Source: a virus. From it: a stretch of 64,000 nucleotides of DNA. The notes under the pieces are model-generated. The model saw only the letters and a list, made by a program, of their open reading frames with translations. It did no database searches and was not told the DNA's origin. The position numbers and the translations under genes were made by a program. Each line of letters begins with the position of its first letter. The stretch's first letter is position 1. This document shows, piece by piece, positions 47,008 to 54,804 of the stretch. The stretch is from IMG/VR virus record IMGVR_UViG_3300045988_157201; one strand, given 5' to 3'.

Positions 47008-47318
47008 ATTTATATCTCCAATCTATATGTAATTAATCTATATCATCAAATTCAGCAATTACGCTGTTGTAAATGCTCTGTCTTTCTCTAAGGCTCTGCT
47101 GATATTCCTTTTCTGCCAACATATCTTCATCAGCAATATTCCAAAAATCACATTCTAAGCAGTTCTCCTTGCAAACATCGCACCATAAGCACTTTCTGTA
47201 TCTGTTCGTAATTCAAAATTCCTTTCATCTTAATATTCATTTATCACAATCCTTTCTGACCTTGTTTTTCTCAAATTTATGTGAACAATTTGGCTTGTCT
47301 TATTACTAAACCCGTATA

Positions 47319-48374
47319 TTATTCTTCTCCAAACTCACCATCACTTTCTGCTATTTCTTTCTGTAATTTTTTCATTCTTCTATTTTCAATTTTCTTTTTA
47401 TGCTTTAAAAATATGCAATCCAAATATTCCTTGTCTTTAGGCAATGAATACATATTCTTATAGGATTTTCCAATATGCTTATCCCACTGACTTCTTGAAT
47501 ATAAAATACCATTTTCCCTCAAAAGGTTTATGTGATTTAAAATACCATTTTGAGTCATCCCTGTCATATTGCTAAGATTTTTATAAGATAACCAAGCAAT
47601 TTGATTATTAAAGTATTTTGTACGCTTAGACATAAGAAATGTCATTGTACAAAACAATTTCAAAACCAATACAGAACTAACTCCATTTATCTGACTACAT
47701 TGTGGTAACCAACTATTATATATAGCAATTTTATCTTTCCTTGATTCACCATTAAAGAATGGTTTAAACAATAACCTTATATATTCATCTGATAATTTAA
47801 AACCTCGTGTATCAATTTCTTTATTGAAAATGCGATTATATCTACTTATGAAATCAACCTTACGCTTTTTTGAGTATCCTACAGAAGTGATATACCCATA
47901 CTTCTGCATTTCGTATAATCCCTCATAAAAGTAACTTTCCATTTTCTTTAAATGAATCTCATTAAAATCAGGAAACATCTCCATCAAGACAAGTCTGAAA
48001 TTAAACTTTGAAACAAATTCCTCAAATCTGATTAAAGTTAGATTGATTAATTTGGTTTTATTCTCATCATTTTCAATTCTCGCATAATATTTTTCTATGA
48101 CTGTCAAAGGATAATCAACCTTGATTAAATTATAAATAGGTTCATAGCTCTTCAACTTTTCATCAGTTCGCTTTTTTATCAAGGACTGCCTTGATAAATG
48201 AAGTTCGTATTTTGCTCCGGCTTTCACATAGTTAAAACTTTTCTGAATAATATAATACGCTAACAAAAGTTTCTGATTGTAGCTTTTGCTTATGGGATTA
48301 ATCAATGAACTCTTATCTATAATAGTCATAATTGCATTTTCACCATCAGGTTTCCAAAAATAAATAATTATCAA
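47319..48374 (-). CDS. putative winged-helix DNA-binding / replication-initiator-like protein
   Basis: First gene left of the ORF-free region. The C-terminal WLSYKNLSNMTGMTQNGILNHINLLRENGILY is wHTH-like. The start is ambiguous: TTG abuts the RBS, in-frame ATA/ATT lie at +3 to +9, and there is an ATG at 48329. Confidence 0.35.
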   Translation of the reverse strand: MIIIYFWKPDGENAIMTIIDKSSLINPISKSYNQKLLLAYYIIQKSFNYVKAGAKYELHLSRQSLIKKRTDEKLKSYEPIYNLIKVDYPLTVIEKYYARIENDENKTKLINLTLIRFEEFVSKFNFRLVLMEMFPDFNEIHLKKMESYFYEGLYEMQKYGYITSVGYSKKRKVDFISRYNRIFNKEIDTRGFKLSDEYIRLLFKPFFNGESRKDKIAIYNSWLPQCSQINGVSSVLVLKLFCTMTFLMSKRTKYFNNQIAWLSYKNLSNMTGMTQNGILNHINLLRENGILYSRSQWDKHIGKSYKNMYSLPKDKEYLDCIFLKHKKKIENRRMKKLQKEIAESDGEFGEE

Positions 48375-48850
48375 CCCCTTTTACTTCTTTTTTATTTACA
48401 GTAAGCAATTACAATGAATATTTGCTGTTTCTATATGCAGATATTGCAGAAAACTATTTTTTCAAAACCATTTTTTTGTATCACATTTGAATATATTATA
48501 TATAGGCAAGCTCCTTAGCTTAATATATATTAATTTATATAAATAATTAATTAAATATATTAATATAATAGAATAATTATTAATCTGTAAGATTAATAAT
48601 TATTCTTTCTTTGGTTCTTTCTTTATAACTCAAATAAAAAATAAAAAATAATCTCAAAAAAAATAAAAAATATAAAATGAGTCACCGTAAAGTAAATATT
48701 AACTTGTCAAGGAACACAAGAATGTATGCAATGTAATTGTTGAGTTCGCTTTTTACAAAAGCGGAATGAAAAATATTATGGACAACCCTGAAATGGTAAG
48801 TCCATAAAAACAATTCAGTCGTTGTAAAAAACGAAATAAATTACATTTTA

Positions 48851-48879
48851 ATTATACACAACGATACATAAAAAGTCAA
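48851..48879 (-). promoter_or_regulatory. consensus sigma-A promoter (early-left)
   Basis: Minus strand TTGACT (48879-48874), 17-nt spacer, TATAAT (48856-48851). This implies a leader of about 470 nt before 48374. Confidence 0.6.
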
Positions 48880-49410
48880 GAGAAATATTAAAAAAATCTG
48901 AAAAATATTTCCTAAGTGCATTTCCAAAATGCCAAGTTTAATATTTCTAAGTGCCAAAATGGCACTTAAGGTTAGCCAGAAAGAGCATAACAATGTGTTA
49001 TCTGAACATCAGTAGAGAAATAAATGTCAGTATGAAATAAACATACATATGTAATAGAAAAATTTGACCTATAAGACGAGTTTATGAGTTAGGAATGAAA
49101 TTATATTCTTGAAAGATTATAAATGCCTTACAGGTCAAATAAATACATATAAATAGTATATTCACTTATTAGATATGTTTGCCAACAGTAAACCATTATT
49201 GTATTATACCTTTAAACGGCTTAGAATTGACTTGTATTGAGTTTTATGCGTTTATGTATGAATTTATATTAATTACTAAAAAATGCAATACAAGTCAAAT
49301 GAGAGCATTTTAGAGATAAGTGGATTGGTGTAATTGTAGTTTGAGTTAAGTTTTTACCGAAGTTAAAGCGAGGAATTAGTCTATGGCAAGCTACATAAGA
49401 AGTATGGCGT

Positions 49411-49472
49411 TAAATTAATTATTTTTGATTATTCGTCAGCAAGCTGTCTCATAATCAAAAATAATTAATTTA
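49411..49472. repeat. 22-bp perfect inverted repeat with 18-nt loop
   Basis: TAAATTAATTATTTTTGATTAT (49411-49432) and ATAATCAAAAATAATTAATTTA (49451-49472). Confidence 0.85.
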
Positions 49473-49794
49473 ACTTTGGCGTACCCAAAATTCGCAAAGC
49501 TCATTTTGTTTACGCTGACAAAAAAAGATATTGAGATTTCTGTTTTAGGGGAGTGAGTTTATGGGTGTAAATCAGGAATATAAAAATAGCCTGCTAATTT
49601 ATAGCAGACTTGAGTTAATGTGGCTATTGAATTGTAGGGGTTTATTATTCTGATGTTTTTGTTTATGCAATATTATTTTAAGTAAATATTACTTTAAGTA
49701 AATTTATTAAAGTAAAATATGATATTTTATACAGTCAGTAATATAATGAATTATTTAAAACGAAAACGATAATAGGTTTTTCAGTTCACCGAAA

Positions 49795-50105
49795 GGTGTT
49801 TTGGGAATATGAGTGTAAGTTTTAAGTTGGATAAGTGTGTAAATATGGGATAAATCCTATATTTTTGTAAGGTTTAAGGTATTGAATTTGAGATTGTATT
49901 AATGAACAGGAATTTGAGGTATTTGTGGTTTAGGTCATTTTGGCTATTTTTGAGGTAGTTTGAATGGATTTGGATAGTGTTGTGTTAGGGTGATAAATGG
50001 CTATTTTATGCGGCTTTTAGGTAATAGGTGTGGGGATTGAGATATGGGTGTTTTTGGTATGAAATGAGGGTTTAGGTGGTTAAAAGGTGGTTAAAAAAAT
50101 AGGGC
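49795..50105 (+). other. C-depleted G/T-rich tract
   Basis: Hand count for 49801-50100: about 90 G versus 8 C. Degenerate GGTTTAGGT-like motifs recur. Confidence 0.85.
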
Positions 50106-50464
50106 TGAAAACGATTTTTATGGGTTCGATTCGGTGGATGAGTTCGATGGTCTTTTTAGAACTACTACGCCCTTTGTTTCAGATTAGAAGGGTTGCCAAA
50201 ATGTAAAATACCCCCCCTATGTTAGTTAGTGGTAGGTAGTAGGTAGGGCGTTGAATTATGCGGTATATCGGGGCGTGTTTTAGTGATATTTAACTTTGCA
50301 AAAACGGCTTGAATACTGTATTTTTTGAAGTTTTACGAGAAATAAAAGAGCCGGCAAAAGTCCGCAAAAGTGCAAAAAGCGGACATTTGAAAAAATGGGC
50401 AAAGATCAAGGATTACAAGATATACAGTTATATATTTACTGTTTTTGTAGTATTTTGCGGCAAA

Positions 50465-50504
50465 ATAGGGCAAGGATAAAATCTGAATAGGGCAAGGATA
50501 AAAT
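50465..50504. repeat. direct repeat (iteron-like) ATAGGGCAAGGATAAAAT x2
   Basis: Exact 18-mers at 50465-50482 and 50487-50504 (22-bp period). Confidence 0.85.
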
Positions 50505-50590
50505 TTAACAAAAAATCATTGAAAAGCGGGTGAAAAAGCGGTAAAAATTGTATTATTCAGCTAAAATTAATAATCGTTCTCATTTTGAGA

Positions 50591-50719
50591 CTTTGTTAAA
50601 ATTTTAACAAAGTTGTTCGATATCAAACAATTAACATTCTAACTATATTGTTAAAAGTTTAACAAACTTCAATCATATAAAAATAGTTCGATATCAAACT
50701 AAATCGTTAAACTTTTAAC
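50591..50719. repeat. alternating palindrome / 14-mer cluster
   Basis: 22-bp perfect palindrome CTTTGTTAAAATTTTAACAAAG (50591-50612). Related TTGTTAAAAGTTTAACAA (50648-50665) and GTTAAACTTTTAAC (50706-50719). Exact GTTCGATATCAAAC at 50615-50628 and 50686-50699. Confidence 0.85.
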
Positions 50720-51059
50720 AATATATCCGGCTGTACGCTCATATACTCATTTACGCTTTTACGCTCACGCTCATATATCAATAATCATTCAGTAATCAGC
50801 TAATCAACGTTCATTCAATCAGCTTTAATCATTACAATATATTAATTGCATTCTTGTAACACTTATTACAATTACACTTATTACAACTGCATAGCTGCAC
50901 TTGCATCAATCTACCCACCCACGCAAAAATGCCTTTTAAATGGCTTATAACGGTTCAAACAGTCAAGTAATATAATTACTCTAATAGACTATAAAAACGC
51001 TTGTAGGGCTATTTAAAAGGCTTATATAAAGTATATAAGGATAGACAAGTAAAAGTGCA

Positions 51060-51275
51060 TCAATCAATCACACCATCTCGCTTTAGGCAAGCGTAAAAAT
51101 ACTGCGTTGCTGTCTGATTATGACTGTTTAAGTAATTATCTATCTTGTCAATGTCAGTTAATTTTATGCAAATAGTGCGATTTTTATATGTTTTCGCTTG
51201 ATATTTTGCACTTGCACGCAACTGTGCAGCTGTACTTTTTTTAATTTTTGGTTGTATATTATTATTAATAGTCAT
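51060..51275 (-). CDS. small basic DNA-binding-type protein (ribbon-helix-helix-like?)
   Basis: 71 aa. The N-terminal KKSTAAQLRASAKYQAKTYK then RTICIKL (beta-strand) then helices. The only minus-strand gene right of the ORF-free region. Confidence 0.35.
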   Translation of the reverse strand: MTINNNIQPKIKKSTAAQLRASAKYQAKTYKNRTICIKLTDIDKIDNYLNSHNQTATQYFYACLKRDGVID

Positions 51276-51311
51276 AATTAATCATTTCTTGTATAATATA
51301 TATAAAAATAA

Positions 51312-51376
51312 TATAAATATTAGTGATATGTTTTTGCAAAATTACACTTGTAAAGTATAAATATTAGTGATATAAT
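51312..51376 (+). promoter_or_regulatory. rightward promoter(s) with an 18-bp direct repeat
   Basis: TTGTAA (51348-51353), 17 nt, extended -10 TGATATAAT (51368-51376). Alternative: TTGCAA (51334-51339), 16 nt, TATAAA. TATAAATATTAGTGATAT repeated at 51312-51329 and 51356-51373. Confidence 0.5.
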
Positions 51377-51935
51377 AGTGTCAACGAAAAGAGATAAAGA
51401 AACAAAAAAACAAATACATAATATCTCATATCGTTATTGTAGAAATTCAATTGTTACAACTCACAACACAAATATTTTAAACATTTTAATTGTGTTGCGT
51501 AAATCAAAAAATGTTCGTACCTTGAAAACTGAATGAACTTGCAACAGTCTTGAGCCTGCACACATCTATACATTAGTATAGTAGTAGTGCCTCTAAAGTC
51601 CTTAGACGAAGTATGTCAAAATTCGCATAAAGAAAAATAGCAATAAAAAATGTACTATTGAATGTATGCGACCGGCGATATATTGAACCTTTGAGCTTTA
51701 AGCCCTCAATGAAGATAGCTATTACTATGCCGTCAATGGGTGAAGTGCACCCTTCAAGCTGTTGATACTCAAGTCAAACCTTTATTTTTGATTTTAATTA
51801 TTTTAACTTTTTAGGCGATTGCACAAAACAGTAATAATAATTATAGCGTTTATTTTGTGTAAATTGCATAATTTAAAAAGCTGATTTTGTGCAATCTATA
51901 AAGAGTTAAAATACTCTTAATGTGTAATTTCCATA

Positions 51936-51964
51936 ATTATACATTAAATACATAAAAAAGTCAA
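51936..51964 (-). promoter_or_regulatory. consensus sigma-A promoter (leftward, faces the rightward promoter)
   Basis: Minus strand TTGACT (51964-51959), 17-nt spacer, TATAAT (51941-51936). Confidence 0.55.
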
Positions 51965-51991
51965 GAAAAAATTTAAAAGGAGTAAATAAAA

Positions 51992-52252
51992 ATGACAAAA
52001 GAGGCTATATATAAAAGATATAAGAATCAAAAGCCAGTGGGGACTGTATGTTTTAGTAATACTTTTGGGCTTCAGGTTTACGAGCCTGACGAAAACGATA
52101 AATACGATTGTGATTATATATGCAGTTGGTACAGCGGCGAGAGAGAGTGTGGATTCCATAAGCATATGGTGCACTACTCAACTTCGGGTAGGGCTTTTAT
52201 TAGAAAAGGCTCTTTAAGAATCTATCTGGATGAAGTCATGAGAACTGCATAA
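51992..52252 (+). CDS. hypothetical early protein
   Basis: 86-aa ORF with AAAGGAG RBS. Confidence 0.5.
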   Translation: MTKEAIYKRYKNQKPVGTVCFSNTFGLQVYEPDENDKYDCDYICSWYSGERECGFHKHMVHYSTSGRAFIRKGSLRIYLDEVMRTA

Positions 52253-52278
52253 AAAGTCGTTGCGGCGACTAAAAAAAG

Positions 52279-52328
52279 ACCGTTAGGATGCAAGCGTTCC
52301 GCCCATTGTGGGCGGAGGTCGGGAAACC
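52279..52328 (+). promoter_or_regulatory. GC-rich conserved stem-loop element, copy 1
   Basis: Stem TTCCGCCC (52297-52304) / GGGCGGAG (52310-52317), loop ATTGT. Homologous to 54696-54748, including the flanks. Confidence 0.6.
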
Positions 52329-52372
52329 GAAAAATCAAAAAAATCAAAAAACAAATAAAGGAGTTAATACAT

Positions 52373-52732
52373 ATGATGACATTAGCAAAATTAACAGAAT
52401 TAGTAAATCATTGTGTAAACGCAAAAATTGAGATTGAAGAAATTAGTGCTGATACAAAAATTGAGTTTGAAGTGGAAAGCGACTTTGATGTAGAAACGCT
52501 CAGCGGCGGTTATTACTTCGATGATTTAACAGAAGCATATAGCTATTTAAAAGAATCGCTTGATATACAAACTGACCCTGAAGCGCTTGAGTGCGACGAT
52601 GCTCCCGCAAAAATCAACGGTGTAGGCTTGTATTTACATTTTAATTCAGATGATATAGAAACGATTTGCATTGCATATTACAGCCGCAAAAGTGATACTG
52701 AATTTTATGACAGACTTATTGCGATGTTTTGA
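52373..52732 (+). CDS. hypothetical acidic early protein
   Basis: 119-aa ORF with AAAGGAG RBS. Confidence 0.5.
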   Translation: MMTLAKLTELVNHCVNAKIEIEEISADTKIEFEVESDFDVETLSGGYYFDDLTEAYSYLKESLDIQTDPEALECDDAPAKINGVGLYLHFNSDDIETICIAYYSRKSDTEFYDRLIAMF

Positions 52733-52808
52733 CCGTAGCGACAAAAGCATTGACAGCTTTATAAATGCTGTTGCGGATGCCGTTGCAATCTAAGTTTTAA
52801 AAAATCGT

Positions 52809-52837
52809 TTGACGGATTACTTATTATATAATATAAT
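52809..52837 (+). promoter_or_regulatory. sigma-A promoter bracketed by an 11-bp inverted repeat
   Basis: TTGACG (52809-52814), 17 nt, TATAAT (52832-52837). Inverted repeat GATTACTTATT (52815-52825) / AATAAGTAATC (52846-52856). Confidence 0.55.
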
Positions 52838-52875
52838 TATTGTACAATAAGTAATCTAAAAAGGAGGAATATATA

Positions 52876-53070
52876 ATGAAATATAAAGAAATTGAGACAA
52901 AAACAAAAGGTATTGACCTGCCTGCGACAGCAGTCAATGAAGATGGCGAAAATGTCATTATTGATTGTATAGACAATTGTTATAGAGTAACAACACTCCA
53001 AAAAAATGGGTGGTGCAAAACAAACATATATCACCCGGATGGGACAATAGAAGAATTATACGGAAAGTAG
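52876..53070 (+). CDS. hypothetical small protein
   Basis: 64-aa ORF with AAAGGAGG RBS. Confidence 0.5.
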   Translation: MKYKEIETKTKGIDLPATAVNEDGENVIIDCIDNCYRVTTLQKNGWCKTNIYHPDGTIEELYGK

Positions 53071-53122
53071 GTATGTATAAGCAGGTAAATTTATATATAT
53101 AGTTGAATAAATTAAAGGGTTA

Positions 53123-53164
53123 AAGACTCAGAGTTCAAACAAAATGGACTTTGAGTCTTTTTTC
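53123..53164 (+). terminator. rho-independent terminator
   Basis: 12-bp stem AAGACTCAGAGT / ACTTTGAGTCTT (one G-U pair) followed by a T-run. Confidence 0.7.
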
Positions 53165-53255
53165 GATTTTTAAAATTTGTTTAGCGGTTGCGAATTGAAA
53201 CAAAACCGCTACCATATCGAATTAAACAAATTATTATAAAATGGAGGCATATATT

Positions 53256-53675
53256 ATGAATAAAATTTTATATCTTGAAAAAAGAGGTTACAATTTTTCA
53301 GACGGTTTAGACGGTGGCGAAAGCATCAAAACTGTATCAGATGTTGGTAATTATCGTGTGTGTACGCCTGATGAATGTGTTATCGGCAAAGATGGCAACA
53401 AATATTTTCTTGAGTTTTCAAGATGGGATAAATACCATTACAGAACAGAGAACAAAAGAACAGGAAAGCCATTAAAAAAGCCCGTTCGTGAGTTAATAAT
53501 GGCGAATGCGGTACATACAGATACGGAATACACCGCAAACGATGGATTTTGCTATCGCAATTCAAAACTTGAAAAGCAAATTAATTCAATTGATAGGTTA
53601 TATACACTTGAAAATATTTTACAAATTGTAAATGAAATCAGCAAAGACAACTACATTAAAATTGAATTTATTTAA
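53256..53675 (+). CDS. hypothetical protein
   Basis: Start moved to the ATG at 53256, 9 nt after GGAGG. The ATG at 53241 is part of the RBS. Confidence 0.5.
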   Translation: MNKILYLEKRGYNFSDGLDGGESIKTVSDVGNYRVCTPDECVIGKDGNKYFLEFSRWDKYHYRTENKRTGKPLKKPVRELIMANAVHTDTEYTANDGFCYRNSKLEKQINSIDRLYTLENILQIVNEISKDNYIKIEFI

Positions 53676-53925
53676 TTAATTAATACAGAGCAAATATAAC
53701 GCTGATGGGCGGAAGTAGGGCAATCCCACTTCCGTTAAAGCTACAAGCCGTAGATCCAAAGTAACGGCTATGTTTGCGAAAAATTAAAAAACAGGGGTGT
53801 TGTAAAATGAAATTTGAAATAATTAAAAAGCACTATGCTAACAACAGAGCTTTTGAAGGGCTGAGCTTATCAACCCTACCCCACATCAAATTAAATTAAA
53901 ATTTAATAAAAGGAGACAACAAACT

Positions 53926-54405
53926 ATGAAGTACAAGAATTATGAAGATTACAGAGCAAAAACTCAACAGGAGTTTAACAACCTACCAATTTTCTTTGCG
54001 TTCTCTAATAAACAATTTAAAGAGGCTATGGAAGCAAGAGGACTAAAGGAAACAGACACAGACAAGATATATAGACTTGGTGGCGGCTACGGAGGTTTTT
54101 ATCTCAAAAGCGATGCCGATATTATCAGAGACTATATAAACAAGCCGGCTGAATTGCCCGACCTTATGAAAGACAAGGATTTTGCTATATCAGCGTTTGA
54201 ATATGAAATGAGAAATCACGAATACGCCATTAATTGGCAAGGTGCATATGATGTATGTTCTTGCTTCGGTCATTGTAGGTACGGCGAAAATAAAGGCTAT
54301 ACAGACTATTTAAAGGAAATCGGATACTCAGACGATGTTATACAGTGTTACAAGGAAGCAAGGAAAAGATACTATAAGTATTGCGAAGAAAACGACTTGT
54401 TTTAA
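53926..54405 (+). CDS. hypothetical protein
   Basis: 159-aa ORF with AAAGGAGA RBS. Confidence 0.5.
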   Translation: MKYKNYEDYRAKTQQEFNNLPIFFAFSNKQFKEAMEARGLKETDTDKIYRLGGGYGGFYLKSDADIIRDYINKPAELPDLMKDKDFAISAFEYEMRNHEYAINWQGAYDVCSCFGHCRYGENKGYTDYLKEIGYSDDVIQCYKEARKRYYKYCEENDLF

Positions 54406-54448
54406 TGTCGGGTGTAAACTCAAAACATTATTAAGAAAGAGTGCTAAT

Positions 54449-54649
54449 ATGAGTAAAAAATCCTTGAAAGTTACTAAATGCGAGGGTGAGGGACAAGGCT
54501 CTTGCAAGATGTGTTCCGATAATGGCAAATGGAATAGAAGTTGGATGTGCTTTTTATATCACATAGAGGGATATAAAGGCTGTTACTGTTCAGATTGTGT
54601 CAAGAAAATTGTTCAGAGCGATTCAGGAAAAGAGGGTACAAGGTTATAA
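54449..54649 (+). CDS. small Cys-rich protein
   Basis: Start at MSKKSLKV. Contains CEGEGQGSCKMC ... CYCSDC. Confidence 0.45.
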   Translation: MSKKSLKVTKCEGEGQGSCKMCSDNGKWNRSWMCFLYHIEGYKGCYCSDCVKKIVQSDSGKEGTRL

Positions 54650-54695
54650 AACTATAATATAGAGCCGTCAAAGCCGTCAAGCCGGCTATAAACAG

Positions 54696-54748
54696 TCCAT
54701 TAAGGCTTGAGCGTTCGCCTGCCATTGTGGTGGGCGAGGTTGGAAACA
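54696..54748 (+). promoter_or_regulatory. GC-rich conserved stem-loop element, copy 2
   Basis: Stem TTCGCCTGCC (54714-54723) / GGTGGGCGAG (54729-54738), loop ATTGT. Two extra stem positions relative to copy 1 are G-U/U-G pairs. Confidence 0.6.
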
Positions 54749-54804
54749 AACACACAATTCAAATTTAATTCAAATTCAAACAGATTTAATTAGGAGGAAC
54801 AACT

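Larger units (their letters stand above)
48375..51059. other. 2.7-kb ORF-free control / origin-like region
   Basis: No ORF of 60 aa or more on either strand. Divergence point of the leftward and rightward gene blocks. Dense in inverted repeats, iterons, palindromes, AT-rich repeats and strand-asymmetric tracts. Confidence 0.8.

Noticed and set aside
50118-50150. tRNA gene suggested by GGGTTCGATTCGG (T-loop-like)
   Set aside because: The flanking bases cannot form a T-stem (ATGGG versus CGGTG are not complementary). No acceptor or anticodon arms can be drawn either. A nearby GAGTTCGATGG has the same problem.
50591-50612. Protelomerase target (telRL-like) palindrome of a linear plasmid-prophage
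   Set aside because: The dyad symmetry does not extend beyond 22 bp. No protelomerase-size gene is present in the window. The phage has a conventional integrase/attP module.
52252-54780. Integron attC sites or conjugative-plasmid ssDNA promoters (Frpo-like) for the GC-rich intergenic hairpins
   Set aside because: There are no RYYYAAC/GTTRRRY boundaries and no integron integrase. The elements are far shorter than Frpo-type hairpins, and no -35/-10 mimic appears in the stems. The wobble-pair pattern fits an RNA-level element better.
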